From a virus (lineage: Duplodnaviria; Caudoviricetes), in IMG/VR virus record IMGVR_UViG_3300005664_000043, positions 1 through 29,591 of that record: a stretch of DNA of 29,591 nt. One strand, written 5' to 3'. A program made the translations under genes and the position numbers. Below, in pieces: positions 20,172 through 27,208 of the stretch; the first letter of the stretch is position 1; every line of letters starts with the position of its first letter. Below the pieces are notes generated by a model that saw nothing but the letters and a program-made list of their open reading frames with translations, made no database searches and was not told the DNA's origin.

Positions 20172-20605
20172 TTTTTATATTTACACCAAACACCTTAATT
20201 AAAAGTTCAGAAGTAAATAGTAATTTTGCTGAACTTAAAACAATGACTGATTATTTAACCGTGCCAGACACTAGCTGGATTGAAGTTGGCAGTGGTGGAA
20301 CAGCTCCGGCGTTTCAAAATAGCTGGGTAAATTACGATACTTCTTATAACTCTTGTGCGTTCAGAAAAGATGCTAACGGTTTTGTGTGGCTTAAAGGTTT
20401 AATTAAAAGTGGTTCGATTGGGGTAAGTTCAGCTTGCTTTACTTTACCTGCTGGCTATAGACCCCAAAAAAGAGAATTAATGGTCAATATCACGAATACT
20501 GCTATTGGCAGATTAGATGTTGATGTAGACGGCAAAGTTATAACTCATACTGGCAATAATGCTTGGTACTCATTAGATAATTGTAGATTTAAGGCGTATC
20601 AATAA
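20171..20605 (+). CDS. Putative receptor-binding protein 2 (TLPxGYRP-type head domain), likely non-AUG (ATT) start
   Basis: The frame is open from ATT 20171 and encodes IFIFTPNTLIKSSEVNSNFAEL before the tracked Met 20243; AGGAGG lies 8 nt upstream; the C-terminal domain has FTLPAGYRP. Confidence 0.65.
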   Translation: MFIFTPNTLIKSSEVNSNFAELKTMTDYLTVPDTSWIEVGSGGTAPAFQNSWVNYDTSYNSCAFRKDANGFVWLKGLIKSGSIGVSSACFTLPAGYRPQKRELMVNITNTAIGRLDVDVDGKVITHTGNNAWYSLDNCRFKAYQ

Positions 20606-21066
20606 TGGTCATATTCACCCCCAACACAGTTATAAGAAGCACCGAGGTAAATGCTAACTTTGCAGAGATTGTGCTCCCAGTTATTAGAATAAATTCTGCT
20701 GCCGGTGACTACACACAAACAAGAGTAAATGATTGGACACCAACAACAAATAGAATAAATAATACAGATATAACATATACACCACCAATAAATATGACAG
20801 CTATTTTAATGCTATATTATTCAGCCAATCATGGTGCTGGAGCAGTAGAATTTGACCCAGCAATAGTTTACACAGTTAATGGTGGTGCATGGACATTGTT
20901 AACAACTGGAATAGGAAATATAGCAGCTTCATGGAATGCTCATCATATAAATTTCACTATAAGTCTAAATGCTGGTAGCACTTATGTATTTCAGGGTGGT
21001 GTATCAACAGCTGTTAATTGCACAATAAGAAATAGAAGTATGATAATGATGGCAGTTAAGGCATAA
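20605..21066 (+). CDS. Putative receptor-binding protein 3 (beta-sandwich)
   Basis: Shared N-terminal peptide MVIFTPNTVIRSTEVNANFAE; beta-rich remainder with LNAGSTY. Confidence 0.6.
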   Translation: MVIFTPNTVIRSTEVNANFAEIVLPVIRINSAAGDYTQTRVNDWTPTTNRINNTDITYTPPINMTAILMLYYSANHGAGAVEFDPAIVYTVNGGAWTLLTTGIGNIAASWNAHHINFTISLNAGSTYVFQGGVSTAVNCTIRNRSMIMMAVKA

Positions 21067-21070
21067 TAAA

Positions 21071-21610
21071 ATGATTATTTTTACGCCAAACACTGTTATA
21101 AGAAGTACTGAAATTAACGCAAATTTTGCTGATTCGATTGATTCTTCTAAACATACAAACCCATATATGTTTAGTGCCTATAAAAGTGCTAATACAGCTG
21201 TAAATGACGGTGCATATTCTGATGTAGTATTTAATACAGAAAGATTCGATACTAATAATAATTTTGATAATTCTACTGGTATTTATACCGTACCAATTAC
21301 GGGGTACTACCAATTTAATATTAAGGTTAGAATATCTACTAATAATGCTGGTAGCGGTACAAAATACTTATGGAGTAGCGAAGTGTTTTTATACGATATT
21401 GATTTAGCTAGCTCGTTTGATACATCAAGACACTATGTTTATGACACAGGTAGGTTTGTATTACATGATAATACAATTGTTAATACAAGTTATTTAACGG
21501 CTGGTAAAACTATTAAGATACGTGCTACTGCTGATACTAATGAAAGTAGTCAATTTTATATTGTTGGTGGCGTGTTTACGAATATAAGTGGATTTTTGGT
21601 AAGTATATAA
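21071..21610 (+). CDS. Putative receptor-binding protein 4, C1q/TNF-like domain
   Basis: Shared N-terminal peptide; FSAY...FNTERFD....FD...YTVPITGYY...LTAG; paralog of 19129..19635. Confidence 0.75.
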   Translation: MIIFTPNTVIRSTEINANFADSIDSSKHTNPYMFSAYKSANTAVNDGAYSDVVFNTERFDTNNNFDNSTGIYTVPITGYYQFNIKVRISTNNAGSGTKYLWSSEVFLYDIDLASSFDTSRHYVYDTGRFVLHDNTIVNTSYLTAGKTIKIRATADTNESSQFYIVGGVFTNISGFLVSI

Positions 21611-21628
21611 TTAAAATTATAGGATTTT

Positions 21629-21865
21629 ATGATGTCAAAAAATACAGATATATCAAACCTCGAAATCTACCAAGCAATAAATGAGCTACGAAAGGAGTTA
21701 GTTGCAAGAGATGAGCAACTTGAAGATAAGGTAGATAAAACCTACTTACGCATACAGGTCTTCGAGTCAGAAGTAGCACCACTAAAGAAGTTTGTATACG
21801 GCTTAATAACGATAGCTGGTGCAGCTTTAATAACAGCTTTAATGGGATTGGTACTTACAAAATGA
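21629..21865 (+). CDS. Small membrane protein (coiled coil plus C-terminal TM), holin-like
   Basis: C-terminal hydrophobic helix FVYGLITIAGAALITALMGLVL; start of the lysis cassette. Confidence 0.55.
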   Translation: MMSKNTDISNLEIYQAINELRKELVARDEQLEDKVDKTYLRIQVFESEVAPLKKFVYGLITIAGAALITALMGLVLTK

Positions 21866-22296
21866 GAAAGTTTATACACATCTTAGCATCTCTAATCATC
21901 TTAGGTAATCTGTTTATTATAGGTCTAATAGCTTTCTGGCTTATCTATGACTACAAAGTACCTGATATGAAAGAGCCTATTGAAATACTAAACGCTAATA
22001 ACGAAATAGCCGCTGGTGATGTAATCAGCATGAAGCTGGAAGTCATCAAGAGTAAATCATATAAGCCCAACTCGACCAACTTCATTAAATGTAATGACGG
22101 CAACCTAGTAACGATGAACTCTACCACTAAAAACATACCATCTGGCTCTTATGTTATTGAAAGCAATACGTATATCTTACCACCAAAAGTAGCAAGAGGA
22201 GCAACCTGTCAGTTTGTATTTAAGAACGAATACAAAGTGAACCCTATCCGCACGATAACGAAAGAATGGGTCAGCGAGGAGTTTCTAATCAAATGA
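21862..22296 (+). CDS. Membrane-anchored protein of the lysis cassette
   Basis: N-terminal TM then a beta-rich domain with two Cys; ATGA-coupled on both sides. Confidence 0.55.
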   Translation: MRKFIHILASLIILGNLFIIGLIAFWLIYDYKVPDMKEPIEILNANNEIAAGDVISMKLEVIKSKSYKPNSTNFIKCNDGNLVTMNSTTKNIPSGSYVIESNTYILPPKVARGATCQFVFKNEYKVNPIRTITKEWVSEEFLIK

Positions 22297-23189
22297 TACA
22301 AGTCAAACCATTTGTAATTGCCAACGCGGGTACAACCAAATATATGTGTTTGAGCAACGTGCGAAAAGGCTATGGCATACCAGCCCTACACGAATACGCT
22401 TACCTAGACTGGCAGAACAACGTCCAGCATAAAGACCAGAACTTCCCTAGTGGCTGTTCAGTACCTGTTTATTTTAACTGGAATGGTGCGGTGGGTGGTG
22501 TAACGAAGAACTGGGGACATATCGCTGTCCGACTAGCCGATGGACGGATATGGACAGACGGTAAGTATTACGCAAACGTAAACGACCTATCCAAGAACTA
22601 CATAGGCGGTCAAGCCTATCTTGGGTGGGGCGAACTTGTAAACAATGTAAGAGTAGTAACGCAAGGAGATACTATGGCAACAATCAACGATGACGTATCA
22701 AGGCAAATAGGCTGGCACTTCATGGGGCGTAATGGCTATGACGGCAAGCCAAACGCACTACAATCCAAGCAAGGCGACATCTACGGCAAGACCCTAGACA
22801 ACGCAACAATAAGTGCTTTCTTTTTAAGTGCTGAAGCAAGAGAGTGGCGTGACAGCCGTGTACCTAAAATATACGCAGAACGTGATGCTCTACGGGCAAC
22901 AAACACTAATCTGAACGCACAGGTTACACAACTTACTAAAGCCGTAGCGGAAAAGCAGAAAACAATAGACGGGCAATCAACACAGATAATAGGACTGACA
23001 CAAACGGTTAATGAAAAGCAAGCTGAAATAAATGTCTTACAAGATACAAACTCGCAACTCACCAAAGAGAACGCTGAACTTAAAGCTATCATCGCTACGG
23101 GCGGTGCAGGTAACGAAGACACCGAGTGGCTTAATAAATTAGGTGAAGTCTTTATGTGGTTTATTAAACGTATTGGAATTAAGAAATAA
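22293..23189 (+). CDS. Endolysin, CHAP/NlpC-P60-like Cys-His peptidase with C-terminal coiled coil
   Basis: YMCLSNVRKGYG (Cys), WGHIAV (His), YLGWGE; ATGA overlap gives a start at 22293; heptad tail. Confidence 0.7.
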   Translation: MIQVKPFVIANAGTTKYMCLSNVRKGYGIPALHEYAYLDWQNNVQHKDQNFPSGCSVPVYFNWNGAVGGVTKNWGHIAVRLADGRIWTDGKYYANVNDLSKNYIGGQAYLGWGELVNNVRVVTQGDTMATINDDVSRQIGWHFMGRNGYDGKPNALQSKQGDIYGKTLDNATISAFFLSAEAREWRDSRVPKIYAERDALRATNTNLNAQVTQLTKAVAEKQKTIDGQSTQIIGLTQTVNEKQAEINVLQDTNSQLTKENAELKAIIATGGAGNEDTEWLNKLGEVFMWFIKRIGIKK

Positions 23190-23255
23190 GGAGTTAAAAT
23201 TTGGTAAGAAGAAAAAGAAATGCTAATTATATAATAAATAATGAAAGGAATTGAA

Positions 23256-23438
23256 ATGCAGATAACAACAACAAAACTAGCACTAAAGAGATTAGCTTTT
23301 TTGGTTGCTAGTGCAGCAATAACAGCAGTATTATCATGGGCCACAGGTGAATATCAAACAACAGTAGCATGGCCTATTATATACCTTGTATTAACAACAG
23401 CTAGAGATTATTTAGATAAAACTATACCTAATAAATAA
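23256..23438 (+). CDS. Holin-like two-TM protein
   Basis: AAAGGA SD before ATG 23256; two hydrophobic helices; follows the endolysin. Confidence 0.6.
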   Translation: MQITTTKLALKRLAFLVASAAITAVLSWATGEYQTTVAWPIIYLVLTTARDYLDKTIPNK

Positions 23439-23441
23439 CAA

Positions 23442-23470
23442 ATAGCACCATATTATTGGTGTATTTATAT
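23442..23470 (+). terminator. Possible weak intrinsic terminator ending the late/lysis operon
   Basis: GCACCA-TATTAT-TGGTGT hairpin followed by ATTTAT. Confidence 0.35.
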
Positions 23471-23532
23471 AAAGGAAATAGACATGGGTGAAAGGTTAGT
23501 ACAACGTAAGGAATGGCAGTGGTATATAAAAA

Positions 23533-23904
23533 ATGCCAACTAATCGTCATCATCTTTATTACCCTAAGCGGGAATACGCCAAACACACCATGCCGAATTT
23601 ACTGCGACAGCACCCCGTAAACATACACGAAACAGAAACTTGGCGACATGACCAACTCCACCATAACGTAGGCACATTAGCAGTAATGAGCGAGGGGCTA
23701 GCCAGAGCTTCTTTTAAGGAATATGAACACATATTACAAGGTTTTAACCCGACTAAAGACAGACTTCATAAGTTCGGATACTTTCTTAGAACGCTAGAGA
23801 TGTACGAACGAATAAAGCACGGACGAGGTGCAGTACCAAAAGAGGCTGGTTACTTTGCCGAGATTTTAAGACTACAACAACAGTATATAACACCAATGGA
23901 GTAA
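23533..23904 (+). CDS. His-rich protein, possibly HNH/His-Me-like; true start may be 23484 via a +1 shift
   Basis: NRHHLYYPK...PVNI...RHDQLHH pattern; no SD at 23533, but AAAGGA precedes the out-of-frame ATG 23484. Confidence 0.55.
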   Translation: MPTNRHHLYYPKREYAKHTMPNLLRQHPVNIHETETWRHDQLHHNVGTLAVMSEGLARASFKEYEHILQGFNPTKDRLHKFGYFLRTLEMYERIKHGRGAVPKEAGYFAEILRLQQQYITPME

Positions 23905-23906
23905 TC

Positions 23907-24077
23907 ATGGAACGCCAACCAAACAACGAAGAACTTTTAAGATACTACAACGAACGCAGACGGGTTATTTTAGAAGCCCTTGCTACGATTGACCATAAGA
24001 TATTTTTACTAGGCTACGTTACAACCCAAGAAACTTTATTTGACGAAGAAGACTGGATAGTTAGAGGCGATGAGTGA
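23907..24077 (+). CDS. Hypothetical protein (56 aa) missing from the ORF track
   Basis: GGAG SD; MERQPNNEELLRYYNERRRVILEALATIDHKIFLLGYVTTQETLFDEEDWIVRGDE; 8-nt overlap with the next gene. Confidence 0.7.
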   Translation: MERQPNNEELLRYYNERRRVILEALATIDHKIFLLGYVTTQETLFDEEDWIVRGDE

Positions 24078-24270
24078 GCATATACCCCACGATAACCCTT
24101 ACCTAGAAGATGAGCATTTTGCTCAAGCATTTGCATTAGCTTTTATACGAGAGGGAACACGCCCGACAGCCGAACTATGCCAACGCTGGCTAGCCGAGGG
24201 TTTTGTAAATGAACGAGAGCTTGAAGATATGCTAGAAGCATACGAAGCTTACTGGTGGGACGGACGATGA
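24070..24270 (+). CDS. Hypothetical acidic protein
   Basis: GAGG SD, tight overlaps on both sides. Confidence 0.65.
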   Translation: MSEHIPHDNPYLEDEHFAQAFALAFIREGTRPTAELCQRWLAEGFVNERELEDMLEAYEAYWWDGR

Positions 24271-24438
24271 AATACTACCCCCAATCACTTAAACCAAAAC
24301 GCTTTACATGATTTTTCACATGAACAGCTAGAAGATTACACGCTGTATTTAGAGTGGCTACTAGGTAACGGTGCTACTTACTACGCACAGGTACGAGCCG
24401 AGTGGCAACGCAGAGAACAGGCAGGCTATTATGACTGA
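24267..24438 (+). pseudogene. Frameshifted or recoded small ORF (MKYY-P-NHLNQNALHDFSHEQLEDY...QAGYYD)
   Basis: ATG 24267 is coupled to the upstream stop but its frame ends after 14 codons; the +1 frame is open 24271-24438 and overlaps the next ATG by 8 nt; a C5 run at 24278-24282 sits at the junction. Confidence 0.5.
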
Positions 24439-24856
24439 ACGTGAACCCCGCCCAATAGAGTTTTATATAGACATAGGCGATAAACATTTAATATGTACAC
24501 CTGAAAATACTAAAGCATATATGCACGAAAACCCGAAGCACGATTACTTATTTTATATTGTTGAACAAGATGATGATATTATGCGTGGACACCATATCTT
24601 TAGATGCATGTTAAAAGAACAGTTTGACGTAATTATAGGGCGTATGGCTAGGTATAATTACGATATTATAGACGAGGACGGTTTAGTTGGTGCTGATTTA
24701 GAAGCCTATTATTTACAGTACCCTGATGAGCTTAAACTAGATACTTACGAGATAACACCACGTCAGCAACACCACATCGACTTTTTACATTACTTACTAG
24801 AACACGACCTAATGGAAGTAGAAGATTTTGAGGGTGAGGGCGAATTACCGTTATAG
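24431..24856 (+). CDS. Hypothetical acidic protein
   Basis: ATG 24431 (MTEREPRP) is preferred over GTG 24371 because of the overlap pattern. Confidence 0.65.
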   Translation: MTEREPRPIEFYIDIGDKHLICTPENTKAYMHENPKHDYLFYIVEQDDDIMRGHHIFRCMLKEQFDVIIGRMARYNYDIIDEDGLVGADLEAYYLQYPDELKLDTYEITPRQQHHIDFLHYLLEHDLMEVEDFEGEGELPL

Positions 24857-24859
24857 ATT

Positions 24860-24964
24860 ATGGAAAGCACCAGCTTATTATATGAATTTGTAAGCGACCC
24901 AAAGGTGATAACTTTCTTAGGTTTTATGGCACTCATCGTTTATTTAGGAAAAGAACACAAATGA
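24860..24964 (+). CDS. Small single-TM protein (34 aa)
   Basis: MESTSLLYEFVSDPKVITFLGFMALIVYLGKEHK, starting 3 nt after the previous stop. Confidence 0.5.
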   Translation: MESTSLLYEFVSDPKVITFLGFMALIVYLGKEHK

Positions 24965-24980
24965 AAAACAAAAAATGTTA

Positions 24981-25009
24981 TGTACATTCTTATGCTTATG
25001 TATTATAAT
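24981..25009 (+). promoter_or_regulatory. Sigma70-type promoter TGTACA-17-TATAAT
   Basis: Exact 17-nt spacer, intergenic, upstream of 25044. Confidence 0.7.
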
Positions 25010-25043
25010 TAAAATGTAATTTATAATATGAAAGGATTACACA

Positions 25044-25274
25044 GTGAAAAAACTATCATCAAAACAAGGTAATAAAGTAGAGAAAACTACTGAAAAAAAA
25101 TCAAAAAAAATAGGAAGTAATATAATAGGATTAATGCTGTTGTTAGCAACTGCAAGCATATTCTATAGTACTACAGTAATAATCATGGGCACGGATGGAT
25201 TAACGCCGATAATAATGGTGGTGCCACAAGCTATATTAGCTGTAGTAATATTAGTATACAAATTTTGTAAATAG
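25044..25274 (+). CDS. Two-TM membrane protein with basic N-terminus
   Basis: GAAAGGA SD, GTG start, two hydrophobic helices. Confidence 0.7.
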   Translation: MKKLSSKQGNKVEKTTEKKSKKIGSNIIGLMLLLATASIFYSTTVIIMGTDGLTPIIMVVPQAILAVVILVYKFCK

Positions 25275-25331
25275 GAGTACATATAGCCAATAAAAGTAAT
25301 ATGTAATTTAATTATATGTTATGGCTTGACT

Positions 25332-25952
25332 ATGAAATACATTACATTAACATTAATGGGTTTAGTAATTAGTGGATTTATATTCTTAGGAATATCGAGT
25401 GTAATACAACATGATAATAAAATAAAAATGAAGGAGATACAACTTAAAGATAGCTCAGTACAGTTAAAAGAACTCAATGAACAGTATAATGAAATACTGA
25501 AACAAAAAGAAGTTGATTCTAATAAACTTAAAGAGCTTGAAAATAAGAAAAATGAGTTAGAGAAACAGCTACAGGCTAAGATTGAGAAACAGAATGCTGA
25601 TAAATTAGCATTACAACAAAGTTCGAAGAAAGTAACTACTTTTTCTTCTGTAGCATCAGCTGGAGGTGATAAGTACTCACTTATGAGAGCTGCTGGTATA
25701 GCTGAGAGCGACTTTCAAGCTGTAGACTATATAATATCCAAAGAGTCGGGTTGGAAGCATCTGGCGGTGAATAGAGCTTCCGGTGCAACAGGATTGTGCC
25801 AAAGTTTGCCAGCAAGTAAAATGTCAAGTGCAGGTTCAGACTATTTAACAAACCCTGTTACTCAATTGAAATGGTGTAATGGGTATGCTGTAAATAGATA
25901 TGGTGGTTGGTGGGGCGCATATAGTTTTTGGCAAGCTAATCATTGGTGGTAA
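25332..25952 (+). CDS. Membrane-anchored lytic transglycosylase (SLT/Apf-like C-terminal domain) on a coiled-coil stalk
   Basis: N-terminal TM, coiled coil, IISKESGW, SGATGLCQ, NPVTQL, RYGGW...W..NHWW motifs. Confidence 0.85.
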   Translation: MKYITLTLMGLVISGFIFLGISSVIQHDNKIKMKEIQLKDSSVQLKELNEQYNEILKQKEVDSNKLKELENKKNELEKQLQAKIEKQNADKLALQQSSKKVTTFSSVASAGGDKYSLMRAAGIAESDFQAVDYIISKESGWKHLAVNRASGATGLCQSLPASKMSSAGSDYLTNPVTQLKWCNGYAVNRYGGWWGAYSFWQANHWW

Positions 25953-25976
25953 GATGTAGTTTATAGATGTGTTTAT

Positions 25977-26010
25977 AATAGAGGGGAATGCGTAACCCCT
26001 CTATTTTTTT
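25977..26010 (+). terminator. Intrinsic terminator
   Basis: ATAGAGGGG-aatgcgtaa-CCCCTCTAT followed by a T run. Confidence 0.85.
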
Positions 26011-26022
26011 GTAAATTCATTG

Positions 26023-26051
26023 TGTACAAAATATGAAATTAAGATTATAAT
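26023..26051 (+). promoter_or_regulatory. Promoter P1 TGTACA-17-TATAAT
   Basis: Exact spacer, directly after the terminator. Confidence 0.7.
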
Positions 26052-26057
26052 ATAGAC

Positions 26058-26090
26058 ATTGCAAGAGCTCTTAACAAACCCTTGCAATAA
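26058..26090 (+). ncRNA. Putative hairpin RNA/leader whose loop is antisense to 26131-26143
   Basis: ATTGCAAG/CTTGCAAT stem starts at the predicted +1 of P1; GAGCTCTTAACAA is the exact reverse complement of TTGTTAAGAGCTC. Confidence 0.45.
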
Positions 26091-26096
26091 ATAATA

Positions 26097-26125
26097 TTTA
26101 CAAATAAACAGTGAGGGTATATAAT
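26097..26125 (+). promoter_or_regulatory. Promoter P2 TTTACA-17-TATAAT
   Basis: Exact spacer, upstream of the initiator gene. Confidence 0.7.
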
Positions 26126-26143
26126 AAAGCTTGTTAAGAGCTC

Positions 26144-26174
26144 GCCCTCATAGAAATATGGGGGTTTTTCTTTG
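26144..26174 (+). terminator. Attenuator-like terminator hairpin immediately before the replication initiator
   Basis: GCCCTCATA-GAAA-TATGGGGGT then TTTTCTTT. Confidence 0.65.
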
Positions 26175-26921
26175 TCTCAAAATAATAACACACTAGAGGA
26201 AACAAATAATATAGTTGAATCACCAAATTATTATGCTATATTACCTGCAAATGTAAGATATTCTAAAATAACTGCTAATGCAAAACTATTGTATGCTGAA
26301 ATAACATCTCTATGTTATAAAGAAGGTTATTGTTGGGCAACAAGTAAGTATTTTGCAGAATTATATAATGTAAAACGCGATGCTATACAAAAATGGCTAT
26401 CTATACTAGAAGATAACTTATTCATAAAGAGAGAAATAATATATGAAGAAAATACAAAAAAAATAATACAAAGAAGAATATATATTATTGATGTTAAAAC
26501 AAATGACAACCTAGTATACAAAAAGATACAACCTAGTATACAAAAAGATACTAGCCCTAGTATACAAAAAGATACAGATAATAAAAAAGAATTAATATTA
26601 AAAAAGAATAATAATTTATCTAATAAATTAGATAAATTAGGGAGTACTCCCGAAAATGTAAAAAAGTTGTATTACAAGTATCTTAAAGAGAACAAAATTC
26701 CAATTGCAAATCATAATATACTTAGAACGAAGATAAATGAAATGTATCAGTTACATGGTGAAAAGTGGTGTATTGACTATCTTACGTTTATGATAGAAAA
26801 GTATAGATATATAGATGATAAATATAAACCTAATATAAATACAGCGCTTGATTTATATACAAAATCTAAGTCTATAGAAAACTTAATGATAAAAATTACT
26901 AAACAAGAGGAGATATATTAA
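26172..26921 (+). CDS. Phage replication initiator, N-terminal winged-HTH (replisome-organizer-like)
   Basis: PNYYAILPANVRY...AKLLYAEI.SL...GYCWA...YFAELY; contains iterons; no ATG near the start (TTG 26172 or ATA 26211). Confidence 0.85.
   Translation: MSQNNNTLEETNNIVESPNYYAILPANVRYSKITANAKLLYAEITSLCYKEGYCWATSKYFAELYNVKRDAIQKWLSILEDNLFIKREIIYEENTKKIIQRRIYIIDVKTNDNLVYKKIQPSIQKDTSPSIQKDTDNKKELILKKNNNLSNKLDKLGSTPENVKKLYYKYLKENKIPIANHNILRTKINEMYQLHGEKWCIDYLTFMIEKYRYIDDKYKPNINTALDLYTKSKSIENLMIKITKQEEIY
26510..26575 (+). repeat. Three 20-bp iterons CCTAGTATACAAAAAGATAC (putative origin)
   Basis: Exact copies at 26510, 26532 and 26556 inside the initiator gene, followed by an AT-rich tract. Confidence 0.85.
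26612..26639. repeat. 13-bp perfect inverted repeat in the origin AT-rich region
   Basis: TAATTTATCTAAT-AA-ATTAGATAAATTA. Confidence 0.7.
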
Positions 26922-27208
26922 TGCCTTGGATTATTAAAACACACGATGGTAAAGAACTAACAATAAGACAAAATGATGAGACTATTATAAAAGAACTTGC
27001 TAAACGCTTGGAACTAGTACCAGTGACGATGGAAGATGGTACAATTAAGTATATTAAACCAAGCAGTGTATCTCGTTTAGAATATATACCGCGCACAGAT
27101 TTAAGTGTAGAAACAGAAAAACTAATATCTGCACCTGATTACAGGGGTACAGAATCACCATCAAAGGAAAAACTAAGACAAATGTTAAATGATAAAAGTT
27201 TATTATGA
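26921..27208 (+). CDS. Hypothetical protein coupled to the initiator
   Basis: GAGGAG SD, TAATG overlap. Confidence 0.7.
   Translation: MPWIIKTHDGKELTIRQNDETIIKELAKRLELVPVTMEDGTIKYIKPSSVSRLEYIPRTDLSVETEKLISAPDYRGTESPSKEKLRQMLNDKSLL

Noticed and set aside
19129-21610. DGR (TR/VR) or invertase shufflon acting on the RBP array
   Set aside because: Paralogs differ at all base types, mostly at wobble positions; all genes are co-oriented; no reverse transcriptase, recombinase or inverted crossover sites in the window.
26510-26575. CRISPR-like repeats
   Set aside because: Spacers are only 2-4 nt and the repeats sit inside the initiator ORF; they fit iterons.
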